32,000 nucleotides of DNA from contig NZ_CP011492.1 of the NCBI RefSeq assembly GCF_001011035.1, forward strand, positions 7,672,951 to 7,704,950, given 5' to 3'. Numbering within the stretch: the stretch's first letter is position 1; every line of letters starts with the position of its first letter. Below the pieces are notes generated by a model. That model did not search any database and was not told the DNA's origin. It saw only the letters and a program-made list of their open reading frames with translations. Below, in pieces: positions 23,742 through 32,000 of this stretch. Made by a program: the position numbers and the translations under genes. The stretch is from Streptomyces sp. CNQ-509. Its GTDB lineage: Bacteria; Actinomycetota; Actinomycetes; Streptomycetales; Streptomycetaceae.

Positions 23742-26700
23742 TTGTCCCGTAGCCAGGTCTTCGCAGCGCACGGCGGCGCCGGCGCGCCGGTCCGCGACCG
23801 GCCGGCCGATGTACCGGACACCCTGCCGGTGACCGCGGGGCAGCGGGAGGTGTGGCTCGCCGAGCAGTACTCCCCGCACCACCGGTCCGCCCTGCGGCTC
23901 GGCGAGTACCTGGCGATCGACGGGCCCGTGGAGCGGGACCTGTTCGAGGCGGCGCTGCGCCATGTCGTCGGCGAGGCCGACGCGTTGCGCGTACGGCTGG
24001 TGCCGGGCGCGGACGGTCCCGTACAGGTGCTGGAGCGCGAACCGCCGTGGCAGCTCGCGTTCGTCGACCTCAGCGGCGCAACCGATCCCGAGGCGGCCGG
24101 GCGGGCGTGGGCCGACGCCGACGTGGCCCGGCCCATGGACCTGGCGCGGGGACCGCTGTTCAGCTTCGCGCTGCTCAAGCTCGGTCCCGACCGGTTCTGG
24201 TGGTATCACACGTACCACCACGCGGCGGTCGACGCCTTCGGCTACGCGCTGGTGGCCCGCCGGGTCGCCGAGGTCTACACGGCCCTCGTGCGGGGCCGGG
24301 AGGCCGGGCCCTCGCCCTTCGGCCCGCTGGCGGCGCTGGTCCAAGCCGATCGGAAGTACCAGGACTCGGCGGAACGGACCGCGGACCGGGCGTACTGGAA
24401 GCGGCAGTTGGCCGGCTGGACCCGCGCCGCCACCGCCGACGCGGGCGCCGTGCACGACGCCGCCGCGCGGCTGCCGCAGCAGCGCCCGGCGTCCGGGGGG
24501 CCCGGGGCGGAGGGGCCCGTCGCCTCGGACCCCGCGCAGCCGGCCGTGCCGCGCACCCCGCTGCTGCCGCTGCTGCGCCCCGAGGCGCTGCGCGCCGCCG
24601 CGCGGCGCGCCGGGGTCTCCCGCTTCCGCCTGGTGTTCGCCGCCGTCGCGCTGTACGAGCACCGCCGCACCGGCGCCCGCGACGTCGTCGTCGGCCTCAC
24701 CGTCGCGGGCCGGACGGGACCGGCCTCCCGCACCACCCCGGGGATGCTGGCCAACAGCGTGCCCGTACGCCTGACCGTGCGGCCCGGCATGCCGCTGCGG
24801 GACCTCCTCGCCCAGGTCGACGACCGCATGCGGGAAGCCGTCGAGCACCAGCGCTACCGCGCCGAGGACCTGCACCGCGACCTCGGCCTGTCCCGCGGCC
24901 CCGGCACGGCGTACACGCCGATGGTCAACCTCATCGGCTTCGACTACGACATCTCCTTCGCCGGCCACCGCTGCACCGCCCACAACCTGTCGTTCCCGCT
25001 GGCCGCCGACCTCATGATCATGGTGTGGGACCGCCGGGACGGCACCGGCCCGCACATGCGGCTGCACGCCCCGCCCGGCGAGTACGGCACGGCGGAACTG
25101 GCGGACACCCAGCGGCGGCTGCTGGACGCGGTCGCACATCTGGCCGACGCCGATCCGGACCTCCCCGTCGGGCGGCTCGAGGCGCTGCCCGCCGCCGAGC
25201 GGCGGCAGTTGCTCGCGCTCGGCGACGCCACCGCGGCCGCCGCACCGCCCGCCCCGGTCGCGGCGCTCTTCGAGGCACAGGTGCGCCGGACGCCCGGGGC
25301 GCCCGCCCTGGAGTCCGCCGGCACCGCCGTGTCGTACGCGGAGCTGAACGCCCGCGCCAACCGGCTCGCGCACGCCATGGCGGCCCGGGGGATCGGGGCG
25401 GAGGACGTCGTCGCGCTCGTGCTGCCGCGCTCGGTGGACCTCGTCGTCGCCGAACTCGCCGTGCTCAAGGCCGGCGCCGCCTATCTGCCGGTCGACCCCG
25501 GATACCCGCCCGCGCGGCGGAAGTTCATGCTCACCGACGCCCGCCCCGCGCTGGTCCTGGACGACCCGCGCACCCTCGCCGAGCTGGCCGCCGGGCAGCC
25601 CGCCACCGACCCGGGCATCGTCGTCGACCCCCGCCGCCCCGCGTACGTGATCTACACCTCCGGCTCCACCGGCCGCCCCAAGGGCGTCATGGTGCCGCAC
25701 ACGGGCGTCGCGTCCCTCGTCGCGTTCCACACCGAGCGGCTGCGGATCACCCCCGGCAGCCGCATCCCGCAGTTGGCCTCGCCCGGCTTCGACGCCTGCG
25801 CCTGGGAGATGTGCGTCGCCCTCCTCACCGGCGCCACCCTCGTCCTCGCCCCCGGGGGCGACCCGCTGGCCGTCCTCACGGAACCCGGCTTCGGCATCAC
25901 CCATGCCTTCGTGCCGCCTTCCGCGCTCACCGCGGTCGCCGAGCAGGACAGCCCCGTGACGACGCTCGCGGTCGGCGGCGAGCCGGTGCCGCCGGGGCTG
26001 GTCGCGCGGTGGGCCCCCGGCCGGCGGCTCATGAACGTCTACGGGCCGACCGAGACCACCGCGATGGTGACCACCAGCCTCCCGCTCACCCCCGACGGCA
26101 CCGCCCCGCCCATCGGCAGGCCGCACTCCGGCACCCGCCTCTACGTCCTCGACGGCGCGCTGCGGCCCGTACCCGTGGGCGCATCCGGCGAGTTGTACAT
26201 CGCGGGGGTCTCCCTGGCCCGCGGCTATCTGCGCCGGCCGGGGCTGACCGCCCTGCGGTTCGTGGCCGACCCGTACGGCCCGCCCGGCACCCGGATGTAC
26301 CGGACCGGGGACGTGGTGCGCTGGCGCGCCGACGGCCAGGTGGACTTCGTCGGCCGCGCCGACCGCCAGGTCAAGATCCGCGGCTTCCGCATCGAGCAGG
26401 AGGAGGTCGAGGCGGCGCTGCTCGCCTGCCCCGGCGTCGCCCGGGCCGCGGTCCTCGCCCGCCGCGACCCGCCGGGCGGCGACCTGCGGCTCGTCGCGTA
26501 CGTCGTGGCCGCCGAGGACGGCCTCAGCGGGCCCCTGCTGCGCGCGCGGCTGTGTGCCCGGCTGCCCGGCTTCATGGTGCCCGCGGCGTTCGTCATGCTC
26601 GGCGACCTGCCGCTGAACGCCAACGGGAAGGTCGACCGCGACGCCCTGCCCGCCCCCGAGCCGGACCCGGAGGAGGCCGCGGGCGCGCCGCCGCGCACCC

Positions 26701-29700
26701 CGCGCGAGCGGCTGCTGTGCGAGCTCTTCGCCGACGTGCTCGGCGTGCCGCGGGTCGGCGCCGACACCGACTTCTTCGCCCTCGGCGGCCACTCGCTCCA
26801 GGCCATCCGCCTGGTCGCAAGGATCCGCACCGCCCTCGGCGCCGACCTCGCGCTCAGCGCGCTCTTCGAAGCGCCGACCCCCGCCCGGCTGGCGGCCCGG
26901 TTCGGCGCCGGCCCGGCCCGGCCGGCGCTCACCGCGGCGACGGGGCCCGCGGCCGAGGCGGCACCGCTGTCGTACGCGCAGCAGCGGCTGTGGTTCCTGC
27001 ACCGCGCCGAGGGCCCGGCCGCCACGTACAACATCCCCCTCGCGCAGCGGTTCACCGGCGAACTCGACCGGGACGCGCTGGAGCGGGCCCTGGGCGACGT
27101 CGTGGCCCGGCACGAGAGCCTGCGCACCGTCTTCCCCGACACCGGCGGCGACGGCACCGGGCCGCGGCAGCGGATCCTCGGCGCCGCCGCGGCCCGGCCC
27201 GCGCTGCCCGTCACCGAGGTGGCCGGCGCGGGGGAGCTGCGGCGGAAGCTGGCGGAGGCCGTGCGCTATACCTTCGACCTGGCCGTCGAACCGCCGCTGC
27301 GCGCCGAGCTGTTCGTGCTCGGCCCCGCTCACGCCGTCCTGTGCCTGGTCATCCACCACATCGCCGCCGACGGCTGGTCCATGGCCCCGCTCACCCGCGA
27401 CCTGGCGACCGCGTACGCCGCCCGCCTGCGCGGAGAGGAGCCCGACTGGGCGCCGCTGCCGGTCCGTTACACCGACTACACCCTCTGGCAGTGCCGCCTC
27501 CTGGGCGCCCCGGAAGACCCGGACGGCCTGCTGCACCGCCAGCTCGCCCACTGGACGGCGGCGCTCGCCGGCCTGCCCGACGAGATCGCGCTGCCCCGCG
27601 ACCGGCCCCGGCCCGCCGTCGCCTCGTACGCGGGCGGCCGGGTCCTGCTGCACATCGACGCGGAACTGCACGCGGCGCTCGCGGAGGTGGGCAGCCGCTC
27701 GGGCGCCACCCTGTTCATGGTGCTGCACGCGAGCCTCGCGGCGCTGCTCACGAGGCTCGGCGCGGGCACCGACCTGCCGGTCGGCAGCGTCATCGCCGGC
27801 CGTACCGACGAGGCGCTCGACGAGCTGGTGGGCTTCTTCGTCAACACGCTGGTGCTGCGCACCGACACCTCCGGCGACCCCGCCTTCGCGGAGCTGGTGG
27901 AGCGGGTACGGGACACCGCGCTGGCCGCGTACGCCCACCAGGACGTGCCCTTCGAGCGGCTCGTCGAAGCGCTCAACCCGCCCCGGGCCCCGGGCCGCCA
28001 CCCGCTGTTCCAGATCGCGCTCTCCGTCGACGCCGACGAGACCGCGGAGTTCACGCTTCCCGGGCTGCGCACCTCCCGGATCCGGGTGCCCACGCGGACC
28101 GCCAAGTTCGACCTGGACATCGGCATCGGCGAGCGGCGCTCCGCGGCGGGCGAACGCCTCGGCCTGACCGGCACCCTCGACTACGCCACCGACCTCTTCG
28201 ACCACACCACGGTGCAGGACTTCGCCGACCGCTGGGTGCGCCTGCTGCGGGCGGCCGTGGCCGAACCCGGGCTGCCGATCAGCCGCATCGACGTGCTGTC
28301 CGGCGCCGAGCGCCGGCTCCTCGTCGGCAGCGCGGCCGCCGGCGCCGGCACCGGCGCAGACGCAGACGCGGACGGCGACGCCCACGCGGACGCCGACGCC
28401 GGTACGGACGTGGACGGCGACCGCGAGGCGGCGCCCGCGCGCACGCTCACCGAGCTGTTCGCCGTGCGGGTACGCACCACCCCCGGCGCGGTCGCCGTCG
28501 CGGCGGCGGGTACGGAGCTGACGTACGCGGGACTCGACGCCCGCGCCAACCGGCTCGCGCACGCCCTCGCCGCCCGCGGCGCCGGCCCCGAGGACATCGT
28601 GGCCGTCGCCCTGCCCCGCTCCGCCGACCTCGTCGTGGCCCTGCTCGCGGTCCTCAAGGCCGGCGCCGCCTACCTGCCCCTCGACCCCGGCTACCCGGCC
28701 CCGCGCCTCGCCGCCATGGTCGCCGACGCCCGACCCGTGCTGCTGCTCACGGACACCGCCACCGCCTCCGCCGGCACCCTCGGTGCCGGCGTCCCGCGGC
28801 TGCTGCTCGACGACCCGGCGCAGGCCGCCGAACCGGCGGAGCTGCCCGGCACGGCACCCGCGCCGGGACCGCGGCCCGGCCACCCGGCGTACGTCATCTA
28901 CACCTCCGGCTCGACCGGCGCGCCCAAGGGCGTCGTCGCGCGGCACGCGAGCGTCGCCGCGGTCGCGGAGCGGTACGGGAAGCAGGTCTTCGGCCCGGTG
29001 GCCCGGCGCGCAGGCGGCCGGCCGCTGCGGATCGCGCTCACCGCCTCGGTGTCCTTCGACGCCTCCTGGGGGCAGCTCGCGGCCCTCACCGCGGGCCACG
29101 AGCTGCACCTGCCGGACGACCGTACGTGGACGGACGCGGACCGGTTCGTGGCGTGGCTCGCCGAACGGCGCATCGACAGCGTCGACGTCACGCCCTCGCA
29201 CATGCAGGTCCTCTGCGCCCGCGGCCTGTTCGCGGACGGGCGACCGCGGCCCGCCCTCGCCGTCCTCGGCGGCGAGGCGCTGCCGGAAGGGCTGTGGCGG
29301 GAGCTGCGCGCGGTCCCCGGGCTGACCGCCCACAACATGTACGGGCCCACCGAGTGCACCGTCGACTGCGTGCAGGCGCGGCTCGACGCCACTCGCACTC
29401 CCGTGCTCGGCCGGCCCGTCCCCGGCGCCCGCGCGTACGTCCTGGACGCGGCGCTGCGCCCGGTGCCGCCCGGCGTGACCGGCGAGCTGTACGTCGCCGG
29501 GACCGGCCTGGCGCGCGGCTATCTGCGCCGCCCAGGCGAGACGGCCCTGCGGTTCGTGGCCGACCCGTACGGCCCGCCGGGCGCGCGGATGTACCGCACC
29601 GGGGACCTCGCCCGCCCCCGCCGCGACGGCCGGCTCGACTTCGCGGGACGCGCCGACGACCAGGTCAAGATCCGCGGCCACCGCGTCGAACCCGGCGAGG

Positions 29701-31388
29701 TCGAAGCCGCCCTCGCCGCCCATCCCGCGGTCGCCCGCGCCGCGGTGGTCGCCCGCGCCGACCAGCGCGGCGACACCCGGCTCGTCGGCTACGCGGTGCC
29801 CGCCGCCGGTGAGCCGGAAACGGCGGCGCTGCGCGCCTTCCTCCGCACCCGGCTGCCCGCGCACGCCGTACCGGCGGCGATCGTGGCGCTGCCCGCGCTG
29901 CCGCTGACGCCCAGCGGCAAACTCGACCGCCGTGCCCTGCCGGCCCCGGCCCCCGCCGCGTCCCCGGGCGCCGGCCGCGCGCCGCGCACCCCGTACGAGA
30001 AGGCCCTCTGCGAGCTGTTCGCCGAAGCGCTGGACCTGCCCGCCGTCGGCGTCGACGACGACTTCTTCGCGCTCGGCGGCCACTCGCTGCTCGCCACCCG
30101 GCTCGCCGGCCGCATCGGTGAACGGCTCGCCGTCCCCTTCGGCCTCTCCGCGCTCCTGGAAGCCCCCACCCCGGCCGGACTCGCCCGGCAGCTCGGCGCG
30201 GAAGGACCCCGGGCCGCGCCCTCCTGGGTGCCGGACTCCGAGGCGAAACTCAGCCCCGCGCTGCGGTTCACCGGCGCCCCGCCGCCGGCCGGCGGTCCCC
30301 GCGAGGTGCTGCTCACCGGCGCCACGGGCTTCGTCGGGGCCTTTCTGCTCGCGGAGCTGCTGGGGGCCACGACGGCCCGGGTGCACTGCCTCGTCCGGGC
30401 GGGCACCGCCGACGAGGCACACGAGCGGCTGGCCGCGGCGCTGCGCGGGTACGGCCTCGGCGCCGCTGCGGGCGACCCGCGGACCGTCGCCGTCCCCGGC
30501 GACCTCGGCGCCGTCGACCTCGGCGCGGGGCCGGAGCACTGGGCCCGGCTGCGCGACGGCGTCGACACGATCGTGCACGCGGGCGCACGCGTCCACCACG
30601 TCTCGCCGTACGCCCTGCTGAAACCTGCCAACGTCGAGGGCACCCGCACCCTGCTGGGCCTGGCGGCGGAGGGGCGGCCGAAGGCGTTCCACCACCTGTC
30701 GACCCTCGGGGTGTTCCGGGCGTACGGCGCCGGCGCCCCGCCCGTCACCGAGGAGTCGCCGACCGGCGGCGAGCAGCACCCGTACGGCAAGGGCTACTCC
30801 GCGAGCAAGTGGGTCGCCGACCGGCTGGTGGAGCGGGCGTTCGCGCGCGGCGCGAGCGGCGGCATCCACCGGCTGGGCCGCATCTGGGCGCACTCCGCGA
30901 CCGGCGCCGTCAACCGCGACGACATGTACTCCCGGCTCCTGGTGAGCTGCGCGGAACTCGGCTGCCACCCGGTGGATCCCGCGCTCGACGAGGCGCTGCT
31001 CCCCGTCGACGTCCTCGCCCGCGCCGTCGTCACGCTGGTGCTGCGCGACGACGGCGGCCCGGGATCCGTCCACCACCTGCACCACCCGCGCCGCACCGGG
31101 CCCGGCGCCTTCATGGCGGGGCACGGCCGGCTGCACGGGACGCGCTCCGCGGCGGTCCCGCTCGCCTCCTGGCTGGGGCGCTTGCGCGCCGCGGGCGCAC
31201 GCGGCCGGGAGCTGCCGATCGCTCCGTACCGCGAATACCTGGAGGACCTGGCCGGGACGGCCGGCACGAGAGCCCAACAGGTGTTCGACAACGGCCGGAC
31301 GGTCGGGCTGCTGCGGCGGTACGGGGTCGGGATCCCGGACGTCGACGAGGCCGCAGTCGACGCGTACTGGACCTTCATGAAGCGCTAG
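23742..31388 (+). CDS. Dimodular non-ribosomal peptide synthetase, C-A-T-C-A-T-R (2548 aa), with a terminal thioester reductase
   Basis: TTG start at 23742 with AGGAGG (23729-23734) 7 nt upstream. All core motifs are present: [18 protein letters not shown], YTSGSTGxPKG x2, NxYGPTE x2, GELYxAG x2, GGHS x2, [13 protein letters not shown]. Confidence 0.95.
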   Translation: MSRSQVFAAHGGAGAPVRDRPADVPDTLPVTAGQREVWLAEQYSPHHRSALRLGEYLAIDGPVERDLFEAALRHVVGEADALRVRLVPGADGPVQVLEREPPWQLAFVDLSGATDPEAAGRAWADADVARPMDLARGPLFSFALLKLGPDRFWWYHTYHHAAVDAFGYALVARRVAEVYTALVRGREAGPSPFGPLAALVQADRKYQDSAERTADRAYWKRQLAGWTRAATADAGAVHDAAARLPQQRPASGGPGAEGPVASDPAQPAVPRTPLLPLLRPEALRAAARRAGVSRFRLVFAAVALYEHRRTGARDVVVGLTVAGRTGPASRTTPGMLANSVPVRLTVRPGMPLRDLLAQVDDRMREAVEHQRYRAEDLHRDLGLSRGPGTAYTPMVNLIGFDYDISFAGHRCTAHNLSFPLAADLMIMVWDRRDGTGPHMRLHAPPGEYGTAELADTQRRLLDAVAHLADADPDLPVGRLEALPAAERRQLLALGDATAAAAPPAPVAALFEAQVRRTPGAPALESAGTAVSYAELNARANRLAHAMAARGIGAEDVVALVLPRSVDLVVAELAVLKAGAAYLPVDPGYPPARRKFMLTDARPALVLDDPRTLAELAAGQPATDPGIVVDPRRPAYVIYTSGSTGRPKGVMVPHTGVASLVAFHTERLRITPGSRIPQLASPGFDACAWEMCVALLTGATLVLAPGGDPLAVLTEPGFGITHAFVPPSALTAVAEQDSPVTTLAVGGEPVPPGLVARWAPGRRLMNVYGPTETTAMVTTSLPLTPDGTAPPIGRPHSGTRLYVLDGALRPVPVGASGELYIAGVSLARGYLRRPGLTALRFVADPYGPPGTRMYRTGDVVRWRADGQVDFVGRADRQVKIRGFRIEQEEVEAALLACPGVARAAVLARRDPPGGDLRLVAYVVAAEDGLSGPLLRARLCARLPGFMVPAAFVMLGDLPLNANGKVDRDALPAPEPDPEEAAGAPPRTPRERLLCELFADVLGVPRVGADTDFFALGGHSLQAIRLVARIRTALGADLALSALFEAPTPARLAARFGAGPARPALTAATGPAAEAAPLSYAQQRLWFLHRAEGPAATYNIPLAQRFTGELDRDALERALGDVVARHESLRTVFPDTGGDGTGPRQRILGAAAARPALPVTEVAGAGELRRKLAEAVRYTFDLAVEPPLRAELFVLGPAHAVLCLVIHHIAADGWSMAPLTRDLATAYAARLRGEEPDWAPLPVRYTDYTLWQCRLLGAPEDPDGLLHRQLAHWTAALAGLPDEIALPRDRPRPAVASYAGGRVLLHIDAELHAALAEVGSRSGATLFMVLHASLAALLTRLGAGTDLPVGSVIAGRTDEALDELVGFFVNTLVLRTDTSGDPAFAELVERVRDTALAAYAHQDVPFERLVEALNPPRAPGRHPLFQIALSVDADETAEFTLPGLRTSRIRVPTRTAKFDLDIGIGERRSAAGERLGLTGTLDYATDLFDHTTVQDFADRWVRLLRAAVAEPGLPISRIDVLSGAERRLLVGSAAAGAGTGADADADGDAHADADAGTDVDGDREAAPARTLTELFAVRVRTTPGAVAVAAAGTELTYAGLDARANRLAHALAARGAGPEDIVAVALPRSADLVVALLAVLKAGAAYLPLDPGYPAPRLAAMVADARPVLLLTDTATASAGTLGAGVPRLLLDDPAQAAEPAELPGTAPAPGPRPGHPAYVIYTSGSTGAPKGVVARHASVAAVAERYGKQVFGPVARRAGGRPLRIALTASVSFDASWGQLAALTAGHELHLPDDRTWTDADRFVAWLAERRIDSVDVTPSHMQVLCARGLFADGRPRPALAVLGGEALPEGLWRELRAVPGLTAHNMYGPTECTVDCVQARLDATRTPVLGRPVPGARAYVLDAALRPVPPGVTGELYVAGTGLARGYLRRPGETALRFVADPYGPPGARMYRTGDLARPRRDGRLDFAGRADDQVKIRGHRVEPGEVEAALAAHPAVARAAVVARADQRGDTRLVGYAVPAAGEPETAALRAFLRTRLPAHAVPAAIVALPALPLTPSGKLDRRALPAPAPAASPGAGRAPRTPYEKALCELFAEALDLPAVGVDDDFFALGGHSLLATRLAGRIGERLAVPFGLSALLEAPTPAGLARQLGAEGPRAAPSWVPDSEAKLSPALRFTGAPPPAGGPREVLLTGATGFVGAFLLAELLGATTARVHCLVRAGTADEAHERLAAALRGYGLGAAAGDPRTVAVPGDLGAVDLGAGPEHWARLRDGVDTIVHAGARVHHVSPYALLKPANVEGTRTLLGLAAEGRPKAFHHLSTLGVFRAYGAGAPPVTEESPTGGEQHPYGKGYSASKWVADRLVERAFARGASGGIHRLGRIWAHSATGAVNRDDMYSRLLVSCAELGCHPVDPALDEALLPVDVLARAVVTLVLRDDGGPGSVHHLHHPRRTGPGAFMAGHGRLHGTRSAAVPLASWLGRLRAAGARGRELPIAPYREYLEDLAGTAGTRAQQVFDNGRTVGLLRRYGVGIPDVDEAAVDAYWTFMKR
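23820..25181 (+). other. NRPS condensation domain 1 (N-terminal, possibly starter-type)
   Basis: [15 protein letters not shown] (C1-like) and [13 protein letters not shown] (aa 156-168). It is not preceded by any T domain in this protein. Confidence 0.8.
25254..26696 (+). other. NRPS adenylation domain 1
   Basis: [73 protein letters not shown] and NGKVDR. Confidence 0.9.
26697..26921 (+). other. NRPS thiolation (PCP) domain 1
   Basis: [15 protein letters not shown], with the phosphopantetheine Ser at about aa 1018. Confidence 0.9.
26988..28301 (+). other. NRPS condensation domain 2 (LCL-like)
   Basis: [11 protein letters not shown] and [11 protein letters not shown]. Confidence 0.85.
28449..29936 (+). 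other. NRPS adenylation domain 2
   Basis: [74 protein letters not shown] and SGKLDR. Confidence 0.9.
29994..30191 (+). other. NRPS thiolation (PCP) domain 2
   Basis: [15 protein letters not shown], with the Ser at about aa 2115. Confidence 0.9.
30303..31385 (+). other. NRPS terminal thioester reductase (R) domain
   Basis: [15 protein letters not shown] (NAD(P)H-binding motif), ..VHCLVRA.., ..IVHAGARV.., ..HLSTLGV.. and YSASK (YxxxK). Confidence 0.9.
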
Positions 31389-31418
31389 CGCACGCCCGCC
31401 GTACGAGACCGACCGTCC

Positions 31419-31436
31419 GCGCCGCCGCCGCGGCGC
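31419..31436 (+). terminator. GC-rich hairpin between the NRPS and the ATPase gene; weak terminator or attenuator candidate
   Basis: GCGCCGC-CGCC-GCGGCGC gives a 7-bp stem and a 4-nt loop, starting 31 nt after the NRPS stop. It has only a poor T tail (CCCTTAT). Confidence 0.3.
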
Positions 31437-31466
31437 CCCTTATGAGAGAACCGGTGGTTGCTTCCG

Positions 31467-32000
31467 ATGACCTCGACCCTGGCCGCAGGCCCTCGCGCCA
31501 ACGGCGTGGCCGTGGTGGCACCGCGCGCCCGCAGCGGGAACGGTGGCCGCGCCGTGCCCCGGCCGCGCTCGATCCTGCCCGGCCGGCAGCGCTGGGAAGT
31601 CGACCTCTTCCGCGGCAGACCGGGGCTTGCCCGGGTCGCGGAGGCGTCGCTGCGGCAGGCTCGCGGCATCGAGGACGTACGCGTCAACCCGGTCACCGGC
31701 CGGGTGCTGCTGCGGCACGACCACACCCTCGCCCCGCGCGACGCCGCCCGGCTGCTGTACGTCGCGGTCGACCGCGTGCTCACCGCCCTGCACACGCCCG
31801 CGGCGAACGCCCTGGGCGACGGCCCCGCCGCCCCGCCCGCGTACCTCCCCGAGGCCCGCCCATCGCGCGGTGCGGCAGGCACCGCCCGCAGGCTTCCCCG
31901 GATCCTGGGCCTCGGCTGCGCGGCAGCGGCGGCCGTCACCGGCGGGCCGCTGCTGCTGCGGTTCCTCAGGCGCCCCCTGCTCACCCTCGGCGCCGCCGCC
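31467..32000 (+). CDS. Cation-translocating P-type ATPase, N-terminal part; the ORF is open at the window end and is not in the supplied track
   Basis: My own translation from the ATG at 31467 gives 178 codons with no stop: MTSTLAAGPRANG...ILPGRQRWEVDLFRGRPGLARVAEASLRQARGIEDVRVNPVTGRVLLRHDH.. followed by a hydrophobic stretch. The 'GRxRWEV..L.g.P.LA..ve..L....Gv..v..NP.TGRvLv' pattern is what I remember from N-terminal metal-binding-like domains of actinobacterial P-type ATPases. No CxxC motif is present. Confidence 0.55.
   Translation, partial: MTSTLAAGPRANGVAVVAPRARSGNGGRAVPRPRSILPGRQRWEVDLFRGRPGLARVAEASLRQARGIEDVRVNPVTGRVLLRHDHTLAPRDAARLLYVAVDRVLTALHTPAANALGDGPAAPPAYLPEARPSRGAAGTARRLPRILGLGCAAAAAVTGGPLLLRFLRRPLLTLGAAA

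Noticed and set aside
23613-31277. 2554-aa minus-strand ORF, almost as long as the NRPS gene
   Set aside because: It is antisense to an NRPS with every core motif in order. The product is Arg/Gly/Ala/Pro-rich with no motifs, so it is a shadow ORF. The same applies to the other plus-frame ORFs 23852..29812 and 23962..24774.

Overview
This is a high-GC, Streptomyces-like actinomycete window that looks like accessory or chromosome-arm DNA, with four parts. (1) 1-6.4 kb is an insertion-sequence graveyard. It holds a multiply frameshifted IS256-family transposase gene, split by an intact ISAzo13-family element with perfect 19-bp IRs and a 3-bp target duplication. An antitoxin-less MazF/PemK-like toxin gene, an intact IS110-family element and a deleted, frameshifted IS701-family transposase follow. 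This block abuts the truncated 5' end of a tetracenomycin-type (tcmH-tcmI-tcmJ-like) type II polyketide operon whose ketosynthase genes are missing. (2) 7.8-13.8 kb holds an ECF sigma factor coupled to a membrane/TolB-like beta-propeller gene, a secreted endonuclease I, and an M14 carboxypeptidase interrupted by an in-frame TAA. It also holds a NagB-like gene with no in-frame stop and several gene remnants (ABC ATPase, ABC permease, ROK, SDR). (3) 13.9-23.4 kb holds an NDH-2-like flavoprotein and a PaoABC-like three-subunit molybdenum hydroxylase. Converging on these is a minus-strand run: UppS-family cis-prenyltransferase, translationally coupled to a DUF2236/MpaB-type oxygenase fused to EF-hands, then MarR, a small membrane ORF and an SDR. 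(4) 23.7-31.4 kb is one 2548-aa NRPS (C-A-T-C-A-T-R), followed by the start of a P-type ATPase. The two leads I rate highest are the cis-prenyltransferase/DUF2236-EF-hand/SDR/Mo-hydroxylase set, a possible make-and-cleave cis-isoprenoid pathway, and the divergently transcribed reductase-terminated dimodular NRPS, a predicted (acyl-)dipeptide aldehyde. Both functional readings are inference. No rRNA, tRNA or CRISPR array was found. All family assignments come from reading motifs in the translations by eye, not from database searches.
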